A stretch of DNA of 63,842 nt, counting the filler, from Collodictyon triciliatum (Eukaryota): assembly GCA_043381765.1 (NCBI GenBank). It is 33 parts of 33 records of this genome, joined end to end, with 100 filler letters (N's around TTAATTAATTAA, not from the genome) between each part and the next. Parts side by side here need not be neighbours in the genome. Positions count along the whole stretch, not along the records: positions 1 to 1,858 come from JBHJMP010010042.1; positions 1,959 to 3,816 come from JBHJMP010010043.1; positions 3,917 to 5,774 come from JBHJMP010010044.1; positions 5,875 to 7,731 come from JBHJMP010010045.1; positions 7,832 to 9,688 come from JBHJMP010010046.1; positions 9,789 to 11,645 come from JBHJMP010010047.1; positions 11,746 to 13,601 come from JBHJMP010010048.1; 26 more parts are not named here. The stretch is one strand, 5' to 3'. Position numbers and translations under genes: made by a program. The notes below the pieces were generated by a model that was not told the origin of the DNA, ran no database searches, and saw only the letters and a program-made list of their open reading frames with translations. Shown piece after piece: positions 1 to 12,409 of the stretch. Within the stretch, counting starts at the first letter, position 1, and every line of letters starts with the position of its first letter.

Positions 1-258
1 AAAAAGAGAGAGAAAAAGAGAGAGAAAAAGAGAGAGAAAAAGAGAGAGAAAAAGAGAGAGAAAAAGAGAGAGAAAAAGAGAGAGAGAAAAAGAGAGAGAG
101 AAAAAGAGAGAGAGAAAAAGAGAGAGAGAGAGAAAAAGAGAGAGAGAAAAAGAGAGAGAGAAAAAGAGAGAGAGAAAAAGAGAGAGAGAAAAAGAGAGAG
201 AGAAAAAGAGAGAGAAAAAGAGAGAAAAAGAGAAAAAAAGAGAAAAAGAAAAAAAAAA
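1..258. repeat. (AG)n/A-rich microsatellite; representative of the simple repeats that end most contigs
   Basis: AAAAAGAGAGAG units. Other contig ends carry (TTTG)n, (TAA)n, (ACAT)n, (GT)n, (CTT)n, poly-A/T and similar. Confidence 0.95.
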
Positions 259-259
259 C

Positions 260-1125
260 CGACATCCTTGGGAGCTGCTTGTAGCGCAACCATCCACCGT
301 CTCCTCCACGAGCGGCTCCTGAGTCTGTGCCTGAATCGGTGTAGAGAGACCCTCGGGTGTGGGAGAGACAAACCCGTCCTTTGGGATAATTCTTGAGACA
401 CGATCCCACTGCAGCTGAGCATTGCTCATCTCATCAATATTGAGCGTGTCTCTCATCAGCCTATCCACCTGCTCCATCTCATCGTCCTCATCCACCTTTG
501 CAGCTTGTTCATCTGCATTCGCATTGGCATTCATACTGGCAGATGCAAGAGTGGTCACAGAGGTGATTGTCGTAGGAGCATGGGATTCTGGACTATGCTT
601 TTCCTTTTCCTTATCCTTATCCTTGTCTTTTGCCTGAGATTGTGTTTGCGATTGGGACTGTGCCTGCAATTGAGATTGCTCTAGAAGCAGCTGCGCCTCA
701 TACTCGCCCGAGCCGATGTTTGGGTCGAGTGTGTCGGAGCGGAGGACGAGGATGCAGAGGTCGAGCCACGAATCGACGCGGCGCGTCTTGAGGATGGTCG
801 GGATGCAGTTGTGGAGGATGGCGTCGATGGATTCGATCCACTGGGCAATGTCCTTGTGCGGCTGGAAAAAGCGGTTGTCGGAACTCGGATGCACCAGGCA
901 CAAGCAGTTGGGCCGGTCTGAGAAGCGCGAGCGTTCGTGCGCTATGTTGAGGTAGTCGGACAGATACCAGCAGCCGGATATCTTGGAGTTGGACTCTGGC
1001 CCGTACTCGATGCGGTCCATGTAGAGCCGTGCCCAGCGGCGCTTCCACGTGTGAAAGCGGCTTCCGCGCTTCTCGATCCACCCGTCCATCACAACCTCGT
1101 TTTCCCAGCCGGAGCGTGTGGCCAT
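260..1125 (-). CDS. PH-domain protein, N-terminal exon (partial; not in the ORF track)
   Basis: Manual translation from the ATG at 1125 gives MATRSGWENEVVMDGWIEKRGSRFHTWKRRWARLY...DIAQWIESIDAIL, matching the PH signatures G-W-x-x-K, W-K-R-R-W and the terminal W-I-x-x-I helix. A Q/S- and D/E-rich linker follows, with a probable GT donor at 259. Confidence 0.85.
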
Positions 1126-1791
1126 GGCCGCGTGCAGACGATGTTCCGGTGGCGGGGCGGTTTCTTTTCTTTTGTTTTTTTTATCATACGATTAAGACTT
1201 AGATTTATAGTTATGCTATAATTGGATGGTTATTGCTCTTGCGATGGTTATTGTTATACTATTTATTATTATTAAATTTTACTACTGTTTTTTCTTGGGG
1301 GAATAGAGGTGATTGTAGTAGAGTGCTTGGGAGTTTTTTTTTTTTGGTCTTTTTTTTTTCGTACGGGTCAGTCTTTTATTACTATTACTATTACTATTAC
1401 TTTGTTTGTTTGTTTGTTTGTTTGTTTGTTTGTTTGTTTGTTTGTTTGTTTGTTTGTTTGTTTGTTTGAGTTGTTAATTTCGCGGCGTTTCTTAGTCATG
1501 TTACAGGACGATTCGTCCAGCTTTTTTTCTTTGGAGGGCTTATACTTTTCTCCATCTCTAGCCAATATTTTTTATCCGCTCACTCTTACTCGCTTGCATC
1601 AGAAAAAGCGCAGAGGGTAATACTGCAGATCTGGTTTCAATTTGCTTTCCCCTTCTTTTTATTTCTCGGCCCTTTTCAGGAGTTGGCATGAGGCTTGTTC
1701 GCCTCTTCGCGAGTGATAAAAAAAAAATACGCTCTTCTACTTAACTTCTTCCTTTTATCTGCTTTTTTTTTTTTTTTGGGTGTTTTTCTTT

Positions 1792-1845
<54 letters not shown>

Positions 1846-1858
1846 TTTTTTTTTTTTT

Positions 1859-1958
1859 NNNNNNNNNNNNNNNNNNNNNNNNNNNNNNNNNNNNNNNNNN
1901 NNTTAATTAATTAANNNNNNNNNNNNNNNNNNNNNNNNNNNNNNNNNNNNNNNNNNNN
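1859..1958. other. Artificial contig spacer N44-TTAATTAATTAA-N44 (first of 32; recurs about every 1.95 kb up to 62399-62498)
   Basis: An identical 100-nt block with a palindromic all-frame stop 12-mer separates contigs of 1848-1858 nt. Confidence 0.98.
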
Positions 1959-2360
1959 AACAAAAAAAAAAAAAAACAAGCAAACAAACAAACAAATAAA
2001 CAAACAAATAAACAAACAAACAAACAAACAAACAAACAAACAAACAAACAAACAAACAACCTTTCAAATTAATAGCATAGATTCCTCTGAATTTCTACAA
2101 CTTTTCGGATATGTCTATTTTATATCTCATATATTCACTTCTACGTGTCATTTTCCCTCCAAGACGATTAAAACCCTCCACCGCCATCCAGCGATATTGG
2201 TTGAATTGGATGATACGATAAGTTGCATGAATACTTCATTTCATTTTCTTTTATTAGTTCCATATTTCATCCACTATTACAACCATCTCAACATTGATGG
2301 CAAAGACTAGACTCACTCCCTCCTTTCTGCATTTAGGACAAGTCTCGTCATTTTAACTTC

Positions 2361-2845
2361 GAGTCAATGCGCCTGAAATCCTGTTTGGAGCAAAATGCCA
2401 GATGACCTACGACTCTAGAATACTCTGGACAGTCACAAGGGGACATATGCTGTGATTCCTTATGGAGTGTGCGTCATTCTCTCGCTCCAATGATTCACCC
2501 GAACGAGAAATCAATGTATCCAGGCTTGAAAGCCTCGTGCAATACAGCTTCCTGAACAGTCTGCTGAAACACACTCGCATTCTTCGCTACTCTGACCGCA
2601 AGCGAAGAGATGTGGGAATGTGTCGTGCGATATCTCCCACAGCATATCCAACCCCTGCTACCCACGCAACCAATCAACTAGTTGGGTCGCCCACCTGACC
2701 AACTCGCTATCACTGATTTCTTTCCAGTGCTACCCTCTCCACAGTTGTGTCTTCTCCTACTCGCGTTTGCTCTCTCCCATGCGCTCCTATCCCGCCCCTT
2801 TGTATGGCATAACCTCGCTACACTTTGAATAAAACAAGTAAAAAA
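2361..2845 (+). mobile_element. LINE family A 3' fragment (ORF2 C-terminus plus 3' UTR), degenerate
   Basis: Near-identical to about 18215-18690. It carries a W-to-TGA change and a frameshift relative to that copy. No clear TSD. Confidence 0.85.
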
Positions 2846-2875
2846 GGTGAGAAGCCACTTGTGGTGTCAAGTTAC

Positions 2876-3020
2876 CTTCACAAGAGATCAAACACAACCA
2901 CTCGCCATCCATGTCTTCTGCAGTCTTGGGCTTTTCATCTATGAATAGGCCATAACCGGGCTTGGGCGTAATGAGCCACCCGTGAGATAGGTTGAGGTTG
3001 GACCGTTGGCTTTCAGGCAT
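2876..3020 (-). CDS. Putative first exon of an unknown gene
   Basis: MPESQRSNLNLSHGWLITPKPGYGLFIDEKPKTAEDMDGEWLCLISCE followed by a GTAACT donor. No family recognised. Confidence 0.3.
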
Positions 3021-3916
3021 TCAAATTTTATGGGTAGCCACTGACCTAGCAGAAGTAAAACACAGCGCAACTAGTACACTGCAGCGATTCTACACGTGCA
3101 GAGTTTGTCGGGTGGTGGTCATCTTGTAAATGGTGGAACATTCTGGATGATTCCAGAAGATTCTAGGGACACGATCTCATGGCTAAATTCCACTTCTGTC
3201 TGGACGGGGCGTTGACATTGGATTGCTAGTTTGCTGCGATTCGATATTTTTTAAAATAGGTGCAGGAAATGAAAGGCTTTGTTTGCTTTTGTGCCTTTCT
3301 GGATTCTAATAATTCCCATTTTCCTAAATTCTTTTTGTTTGAAACGTCACCAACCCCAATTTTTTTATCCATTTTGAGGAAAGCTTTACGCGGTGGACTC
3401 ATTTAAATTACACGCAAACGCAGTGGCAACTTTCGATTTCTAAAAGGTTATTACAATTCAACAGGCTTCACCCACACCAGCAAGAGACACCCAATCACGT
3501 GAAATACCCATGGCACGCAAATGGGCCATTGCACATTTCCCATGGGGCAACTGCTAGAAAATATAAGGGAAAAAAAAGAAAAAGAAAGCTACTCACGAAT
3601 CTGATTTTTGCTTTGTCTTTTGGAGACTTTGAGATGGCCTCTCCGTCCAGCGCATCCATCTATGACACACTTCGTACACAGACTGGGCTAGGTGACAGGG
3701 GCAAGAGACTTTTCTTTTTTACTTTTTTACTTTTTTACTTTTTTACTTTTTTACTTTTTTACTTTTTTACTTTTTTACTTTTTTACTTTTTTACTTTTTT
3801 ACTTTTTTACTTTTTTNNNNNNNNNNNNNNNNNNNNNNNNNNNNNNNNNNNNNNNNNNNNTTAATTAATTAANNNNNNNNNNNNNNNNNNNNNNNNNNNN
3901 NNNNNNNNNNNNNNNN

Positions 3917-4208
3917 TGAGGTGATGTCGTCTAAGTGCCATGTAATTTTTTATGAACAAGCAGAGCTCTTCGGCTTCTGCAAACTCCATGGAAAGAGCAG
4001 GTCGTTGCCCCAGAATCCGAAGTCGTAGAGCGCCATGGTGTTTGGGTGGTGCTACAGCTCGAACATGATACTGTCCTTTTTCTCGGCCAGAGCCTTTGGC
4101 AACTGCAAAGAGAGATATATCACTCACTCTTCTTGACGGTAAGGTGGTTCTCCTTCGACTACACCTCATGACCAAACCAAAGGCAGCCGTGCCCAAGATA
4201 TTTTTCAT
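3917..4208 (-). pseudogene. Protein kinase N-lobe pseudogene
   Basis: Spread over two frames: ILGTAAFGLVMRC (Gly loop), FAVAK, E..IMFEL*HHPNTMALYD (TAG at 4052-4054), then MEFAEAEELCLFI. Contains frameshifts and a stop. Confidence 0.65.
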
Positions 4209-5874
4209 GTTTCTCTCAATGTGTGTGGTCAAGAACTCCATGTTTTCTGAGAGGCATGTAGTAGGTGATGTGTCGTTTGAGTGAGATGTTTCATGTAGTG
4301 TAGTCAGGAAATGGATTACCAAGGATGAAATTTTTTTTACTAACTTGCTGATTCTTCGTTTTTATGCGTTTCTCAATGTTGCAGGTTCTATCCGGGATAT
4401 CGACCTGAGGGGAGTATGTTGTCCGTGTACCATCTCGTATGTACGTGTGCCTACATGTAGTAAAGTTGCAGAGCCTGGATGTGTTTCTAACTATTATGTC
4501 CTGTATTTTTCCGGAAAGGAAGTGATGAGATGCCACACGGTGCCCTTCTTATGGCTTGTCTGCAAGTGTGTTTCATCCAGAGCTTCAGATTTATGGGCGC
4601 TTGAATTTGTGTCGTAAGCCTCTCCATCTGCGCACATCACTGTACGACTCTTTTTATTCCAACATCAATGAAAATATATCGTGTTGTATTAGACACCAAA
4701 TTGTTTTAGTTTGTCAAAGATGGTTTTTCTTACGAGAATAAAACTTGTTCCGAAGTTGCATTTCATTATTTCTGTCAACGAGAAAACCCTGGCAGGTATA
4801 AGGTTAAAAATTTTTGATTTTTTAATTTAAATTGTAGCAGCTGTACAATCGCGGAGCCTTTAAAAGAGAAATTTCGGGAATCTACCAGATCTTTGCAAGC
4901 TCTTCAGAAATATCTGTTCGGTTAGACGTCATGACAAGAATGAGGCGGGGGCTGTGCAGGCGAGTGTGCTGGATTTTTGTGAGTGTCTTGCATACTTTTT
5001 ATTTGTTAAGTGAATGCGCGTGACAGAACACACAAAAAGAGCGGCACGGCTGCGTGAGGGACATAGATACTTAGAAGTGTTGTGAGGGGTGGGGCTGACT
5101 GTCGAAAAAGAAAAAAAATAGTTGAACAAATCAGTCTGATACTTGTTTTTAATTAAAAAAACTTTCCTGGTAGTAAATGTTTAGCTCCGACCTGACATCA
5201 AAATATATGCATACAAGTGAATGTGTGTTTTCATTCAGTCATCGTCCTTTCGTGCTGTTGGTAGCAGCATGCCTCACAATTTAACGGGTATTTCGTAGTG
5301 ATTGTTATGGTAAATAATTTTTTGCAATTAATGAATTTCAATATCTAATTAATTATCTATATTGCTGCTTTTACTTTGTGCAGGATGGGCGGTGTTGCCT
5401 TGGTTCGCTAGCCTTTATTTGGACGGACATCACTTGGACATGTCGGTGCACAAGTAAATATCTATCGATTAATTATCATTTTATACACTCATATCATTTT
5501 TTGGATTATTTATCAAGAATATATCTTGGATTTTCTATGCCTTATTTTTTTCTATCAGTCGGTTTTTTTATCAATAAGAATTTTGGTGCAATCGAATGGG
5601 TTGTATCGCACGCGTGAACACTAAAATATCTTACTAAATCATTTCCAACCCAATTGCACACTCGCATCGATTACGACGTGAAATCCAATAAATTGGTATT
5701 GAGCAAATGGTGGGATAAATGCAATTTTTCAAGGAGCTCATCCCATTCGACCAGGCAGACCAGTTAAGATTCTCNNNNNNNNNNNNNNNNNNNNNNNNNN
5801 NNNNNNNNNNNNNNNNNNTTAATTAATTAANNNNNNNNNNNNNNNNNNNNNNNNNNNNNNNNNNNNNNNNNNNN

Positions 5875-7731
5875 CACTTGTCTTTGTGAGCGGCTTGTTG
5901 ATGTCGATAGTGACTCCACCTTGGTGTAACTTGATTCGTGAGTCTGTGTGGCCCAGTATGTACGCATCAATCGCGTCGCCATCCGGGTCAGCTCCGTTCA
6001 GCACAAATGTTACATCTCTCTCTGCTTGGGAGTCTGGAATGAGTATAGATGACTCTTGTGCAGAGATAAAGGGTGAGAAGTTTACATCCTGCACAATGGC
6101 GCTGACTTCGTACTCAACATGCTTGTCACCATTGCTTATCTCAAATACCATAGACCCGCTCTGAGCACCCGTGGATGTGTAGATACTCGGCGCTTGTGGT
6201 GTGATGTATTCGAGTGTGACGCTGGCCGATGTGTCACTGGCGAGTACATCGCCTGTTGATAGTGGGTCGTTGTTGTACGGCAGATAAAGAGACCCGACGG
6301 TTGGTGCGGCTCTCAATTTGATGGTGACGTTGAGGTTGTCTTTGTCGCTTCCAGCCACAGTAATGCTCGTGGACATCCTCTCATCAATAGTAATCATTGT
6401 GGGTGTGCTTGATATCACTGGTATACGAGACACAAAGATGATGTTAAATACAACATCCACTACAGATGACCTCGAGTTGGACGTGTTCGCGCTGTCGATT
6501 ACAACAAAGCTGATGCTATCGTAGTTGTGTCCAAAGTCAGGTAGCAATCCCTCGCTCTCTGATGGCCCGACATATGTGAACGTCTCCGTGAACGAGGTTG
6601 TTGTAAAGTCGTAGCGTTGTCCGTCTGTTATGCGATTGCCTTTGTGTAGCACATTGCCTCTGGTTGTCGGCGGTATTGTTGCAATCAGCGTGACTGTGTC
6701 TACTAGGTCAACATCACTACCTCCAATTACAAAGATGCCTTCTCCATAGCGGCTTATCGTTACGACCGAGGATGATGTCGTGGCAACAGGTTGATGGTTG
6801 ATGTGGTTTACATTAATCACGACCGATTGCTTGTCAGATGTCTCTTTACCATCAGATACAGTGAACGTGAAAGATGTATATGGTGCTCCATACGTGACCT
6901 TCGGAGGTTTGAAGATGACTTTGTTACCCTTCAGCGGTTGATTCTCAGCTACCAAGATGTCTTCGTCGTAGAGACTTCCACGACTGGGTACGGATGAAAT
7001 GATGTATGTAAGTGGGTCTGCTGGGATGTCCACGTCGCTGCCAGTAAGAGTGATAACCAGCTCTCCGTCCTCGTCCATATCTACAGCCTGGGTATATCCC
7101 ACAGGTTTGTGGTTAAGGTCGAGCGTGATGAGGCTTACTGAGAAGCTCGATGAGTATTGGCTGTCCCTGACTGTAAATGTGAAGCTGTCGTTAAACGCCC
7201 GGTAGAGTGCTGGGGTGAAACGCACTTTGATTCCACTTCGAAGAAGAGGGTATGTTTCTTCTGCTACAATTGCTTCTCCAGTCTGCTGTATTATAAAATC
7301 AGAGTTTAGTGTGGCGACAGATGATGGCATGGTTGTAAACTGGATTGTTAGAGAATCGGCACTGTCCACATCTGTGCCCATTAGCGTCATGTCAGTGAAT
7401 GCATCTTCGTAAAGTATAACCAGCTTTTGAGCTGACGCCTGCGGTGGATGGTTGATGTGGTTCACAACTACGTTGAGGGTCTGCTCCGTTGAGTGTAACT
7501 CTCCGTCCTTTACGTAGTACCGAATCGATGTCAGAGGGTTGCCAAACGTGTACAGCGGTGGTGTATATGTCAGTGTCCACTGTCTATTCGCCCCTCCATA
7601 GATTGCGATGCTGCTTGATGTGATGGCGGTCCCGTTTGAGTCGGTCAGAGTACCGACACTTGGAATCCCACTGATATATGCACTCAGTAAGTCATCCTTG
7701 TTGTCGTCTTCTCCTCCAATCACAAACGTGA
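5875..7731 (-). CDS. Tandem Ig-like/cadherin-like (Big_9 / tandem-95 type) repeat surface protein, internal fragment
   Basis: Open across the whole contig. About 100-aa repeats with NHxP, GxDxD, GSLY and FTFTVxDG motifs. No introns. Confidence 0.85.
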
Positions 7732-7831
7732 NNNNNNNNNNNNNNNNNNNNNNNNNNNNNNNNNNNNNNNNNNNNTTAATTAATTAANNNNNNNNNNNNN
7801 NNNNNNNNNNNNNNNNNNNNNNNNNNNNNNN

Positions 7832-9688
7832 ATAGAACAAAACACCCTCCAAGTTGGCACCAGTGAAGTCAGCACCATCAGCAACAGACTGTGACATGTC
7901 GGCATTTGGAATTTGAATCCCTCTGAAATCCATACCACTGAATGAAATGTCAGCATAGTTCAGAATTGTGATGGCATTTGACGCAGCTTGCGCTTTGCTT
8001 GCATCTGTCTTGGACTGCTCAATGATTGAAAACAGATTGTCTTTGTAGGCTTTGTCTTTGTTCACTTTTTCACTCAAATTGAGAAGAATAGCAGGTTCAA
8101 GCTTTTTATCCAGAACATTCGTCTTCATTTTCGATTTCATAACAGAATAGACAATATGGGAGAGCATGGTGCTTGGTGATTTTGCATCAAATTTTTCAGG
8201 CATAGAATTCGCGGCTTCAGAAGATGCAACGTTTTGAGCTTCAGTTGATGGTTGGGCAGAAGCTTTATTTTCCGCATCGGAACTATTGATTTCATCTTTG
8301 ATGTACTCAGCAGCAAAGAATTCGTAGAGCGATTTGTGGAAGAACTCATATGTTGTGGCACTAGATTTCTTAATGGGTGCACACCGCAGCACAAATATGG
8401 AATAAGAAGGCGTTTTCCCATCATCGAGGGTGTGGCCATGATTTGGATTGAAAAATTCTCCGTACTGTGGGTTAGTTGGTAGTTCACCTTCGACGTAGCA
8501 ATATTGAAGCGAAGGTTTTCGTTCTATTTCATGCATCAACTTTGCAATTTTTTTGCATTTTCTTCCCAAAAGGCTATCCAAATCCTCTGGCATTTTTTGC
8601 TTTAACGACAAATTGTTTTCAAGCTTTTCTCTTTCGCGTTCGAACCATCTCCTCGAAAACTTGTCCAGAAAATCTGTTCGCAGGATTTTTGCATTAAAAT
8701 TCGACTTCGACTCAAGTCTTTCCTTCAGTATGGACGGCAGGGTGGTGGCTGCCATGAAAATCATAAACGGAGTGACAGCCAATTCGTCCAGTTCTTTAAT
8801 TTTCTTCAACTCTTCCTCATACTTTTCTCCTTTTTCCCATCCTTCAATGGGATTTCTCGTAGCATATTTGTTGAAGTATTCGAGCCTTTGTTTAGTTTCA
8901 AAAGGTCTTAGATATATTTCATCCAGAGAGTATCCATGACTAGCTTTGGGTGCAAATAGCGATTGGTACAGAAATTTTTTGTCCAAAAACTGCTTGCGGC
9001 ATCCAATGACAAACTTGCAGTTGGGCCATTCTTCAAGCTTATTTGAAATATAAATGGATGTACCACTATCTTCAATCTCATCATAACCATCCAGGAAAAT
9101 GATGAATTTCATCTTTTTCAATTCTTTAACATGTTCGACTCGAAAATCAGAGTCTGGGATGTAGAAGCTGTTTTTACTCTCAGAAAGAAGCAATTCTTCG
9201 ATGGCGTTTTCTCTTGGCTTTACCAACGAAGTAAGCGCAACATACAAAGGAATATGTGTCCTTCCGTGTTTATATTTTTCCCAAAGCAATCGCACAATAT
9301 ACTGTTGTAACAGTGATTTTCCAGATCCAGAATCGCCAAGTATGAGCAGCACTTTTTCATTTCCAGATTTAAAAAAATTCACGATGTATTCTTGGGCATC
9401 AAAATTCTTTCCTTTCTCAGCAATTCTTTCGGCTTGGCCAGGAATATATGTATTAAATCGACTATTGAATTCTACGTTTCGAATGGTCTCCTCCTTAATG
9501 TTCTCGATGATGTCTTGAATCGTTCTTTCGTCTTTACCAGCCTTTTCAAAAAGTGCAGTAGGTAATGTTGACTCTTTTGGCTTATATTCTGCCATTTCTT
9601 GCTTTTTTGATTCCACAAATCGATTAATAACCTCACTTTTCAACCATTTTTCATGACGTGTGATATACTCGATTAATTCGCGGACTTT
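7832..9688 (-). CDS. NACHT (STAND) NTPase with pentapeptide repeat, NLR-like, internal fragment
   Basis: Open across the whole contig. Walker A LLILGDSGSGKS, Walker B IFLDGYDE, CRKQFL, winged-helix FFHKSLYEFFAA, then AASNAITILN..SFSGMDFRGIQIPNADMS..ADFTGANLEGV. Confidence 0.92.
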
Positions 9689-9788
9689 NNNNNNNNNNNN
9701 NNNNNNNNNNNNNNNNNNNNNNNNNNNNNNNNTTAATTAATTAANNNNNNNNNNNNNNNNNNNNNNNNNNNNNNNNNNNNNNNNNNNN

Positions 9789-9860
<72 letters not shown>

Positions 9861-10269
9861 TTTTTCTTTTTTTCTTTTTTTCTTGCCAGGCTCTTTGCTG
9901 TTGCTTCCGTTTTTATGAAGATGCTTTACATTTAAATTACAAAGGTTTGGATGTAAACAACGAAACTGTGGCATTGGCATGTGATATTAGACTTCCTGAA
10001 CAGTGGGTAATCTGCGCGGTGAGGCTGGCATCCTGGGTTCCAGGCTCGGTCCCTTTTCTGGCGCATAGCGTCTGCCTTTCATCTGTTGATTGATTATGAT
10101 AGTTGATTCTGGATAGCTTTATACACAAGGTCGAATTTTTATCCACAGCGCAAGACTTATCTATTGCTCTGGTTAATTGATAGGAATGGTGTGACTTGTC
10201 TGCATATCAACATCTATTTCTATGTCTCTATGCCTATATCTCTGCATACACACGTTTGTGTGTCTGTTC

Positions 10270-11459
10270 GTCAATCATATTTACTTACGGCACTCATACG
10301 GCGCGATGGATGCATGTTTTCATGAAAGGGCTCGAAATAAGGTTCTGCTGTGACTGGATTCTCCTGTATTTTCTCTGGCTGTGAGACTGGATGGGATGCA
10401 TGTTCGGCAGATAGATCAGAGAAGTCGAAATCGGCGTCAACCAGCCCGGAGGACCCGCAGAGCTCGTCCTGGTGGTTTTCTCCGTACTTTGAAATGAGCT
10501 GCCCGAGCTAAGAGGGTTGTTCAAACAAAAACAGGGGGAAATACAATATACAACTGAATCATCAAGAAATATGCTGTTATTTTTTTATCATTAATATTCA
10601 TATCTATCCATGCCATTTGTCACGAGATGAATATCTCGATATGGGGTTATCACTTATACATTATCATACCGCTGTATTTTCATGTCAAGCGATGATGGTA
10701 CCGAGAGAGAGAGAGAGAAAAAAATAAAGAAACGAAGGCACAAACCCGATACATTTGTGTTTCCATAGCCTCAAAGCGCCTGTTTGTATCTTGCGTATGG
10801 CGAACAAGCTGCTCAAGCAAAGGCATAAGCTATATGAGATATGCGAAGGGATTGTAGCTTTGTCAAAAGGTATTCTGTGAATGACTTGTAGAAGAAAACC
10901 GCCCAAATTATACAGATGTCTGTATCAACCCATCAAAGAGTCTGGAAAATTAAACTCAAAAAATTAGAAGGGCCATTTTTATAGCAGATTTCTTTCCATA
11001 ATTCTGAAAGCTTACATTGCTTTGTGACCTTTGCTCTTCCATGTACAAATTGTAGTCCCTACGGCTCTGCTTCCAGTCATGTATAGCATTACTAGCCTGC
11101 ATTTAAAGAAAGGCACGATTCATGGATAAGCTAGTACCACCCACTGTTGATTCATTTTATCTTGAAGGTTTTTCTTCATCTCTTTGTAAGCAAAGACTTT
11201 CTGTGAAGAGGAGTGTGCTTTTTTTTAAAAAAAAAAAAAGTTGAAGATAAAGATGTAGATGTGATAATAATTATAGTACTCGAAGCCTTTCCATGAAAGT
11301 CCATCCTTTTTGTCGCCGTCTTGACCTCCACACTTTTTGGACAGACAGAACGGCTTTCTTTTCAAGCGATCTTTTCCAGTTTTCCTGTTGTGGTAGAGTA
11401 AGAGTATTTCATCATGAGAACCCTGAAATTCCATTCATGTTTTTTGTGTCCATAATGAT

Positions 11460-11518
<59 letters not shown>

Positions 11519-11645
11519 GAAGATAAAGATGTAGATGTGATAATAATTATAGTACTCGAAGCCTTTCCATGAAAGTCCATCCCTTTTGTCGCCGTCTTGA
11601 CCTCCACACTTTTTGGACAGACAGAACGGCTTTCTTTTCAAGCGA
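10270..11645 (-). CDS. Multi-exon unknown protein with an IQ-like motif and coiled-coil (partial)
   Basis: GT-AG bounded exons: ENWKRSLEKKAVLSVQKVWRSRRRQKGWTFMERLR (11280-11384), KVFAYKEMKKNLQDKMNQQWV, ASNAIHDWKQSRRDY.., LMPLLEQLVRHTQDTNRRFEAMETQMYR, LGQLISKYGENHQDE.. Confidence 0.55.
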
Positions 11646-12220
11646 NNNNNNNNNNNNNNNNNNNNNNNNNNNNNNNNNNNNNNNNNNNNTTAATTAATTA
11701 ANNNNNNNNNNNNNNNNNNNNNNNNNNNNNNNNNNNNNNNNNNNNATTCTTTTTTATTCTTTTTTATTCTTTTTTATTCTTTTTTATTCTTTTTTATTCT
11801 TTTTTATTCTTTTTTATTCTTTTTTATTCTTTTTTATTCTTTTTTTATTATTTTTATTATTTTTATTATTTTTATTATTTTTATTATTTTTATTATTTTT
11901 ATTATTTTATTTTCTTTTATTTTCTTCCTTCGCTCGCAACTTGCTTTTCTGTTAACTCTTTTTTTAAAGCGATCGGATGGAAATATGTTTGAATAATGTG
12001 TCGGAGCGCTGACTTTTCTTCATCAGCCACTGCTACAAAACACACAAAATTACGATTTCATCCAGAGTCTGGAAACATTCATTTTGTGGATAATTCATTC
12101 GCACACGCTGACAAAATAAACACTGAGCGGATTCATGGAGCAATTGATGAAATATGCTAACATAGATATTTGCACTTTTCAATATTCGAAAGCTTTGCTG
12201 AAATTTCAACAACAATAATG

Positions 12221-12282
<62 letters not shown>

Positions 12283-12409
12283 TACGACAGACATCGAAAA
12301 TTTCACTTGAGCAAATGATCACATCCAAGCATAGAAATTGTTTTAAAAGATATAATAATCTATTATATTCGCTGCTTTAAGTCAACTGTAAGAATATCAA
12401 TATCACAGA

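Noticed and set aside
1233-1910. Low-complexity ORFs (FVCL, poly-F, poly-K, YVCM etc.) here and at many contig ends
   Set aside because: They are translations of microsatellites.
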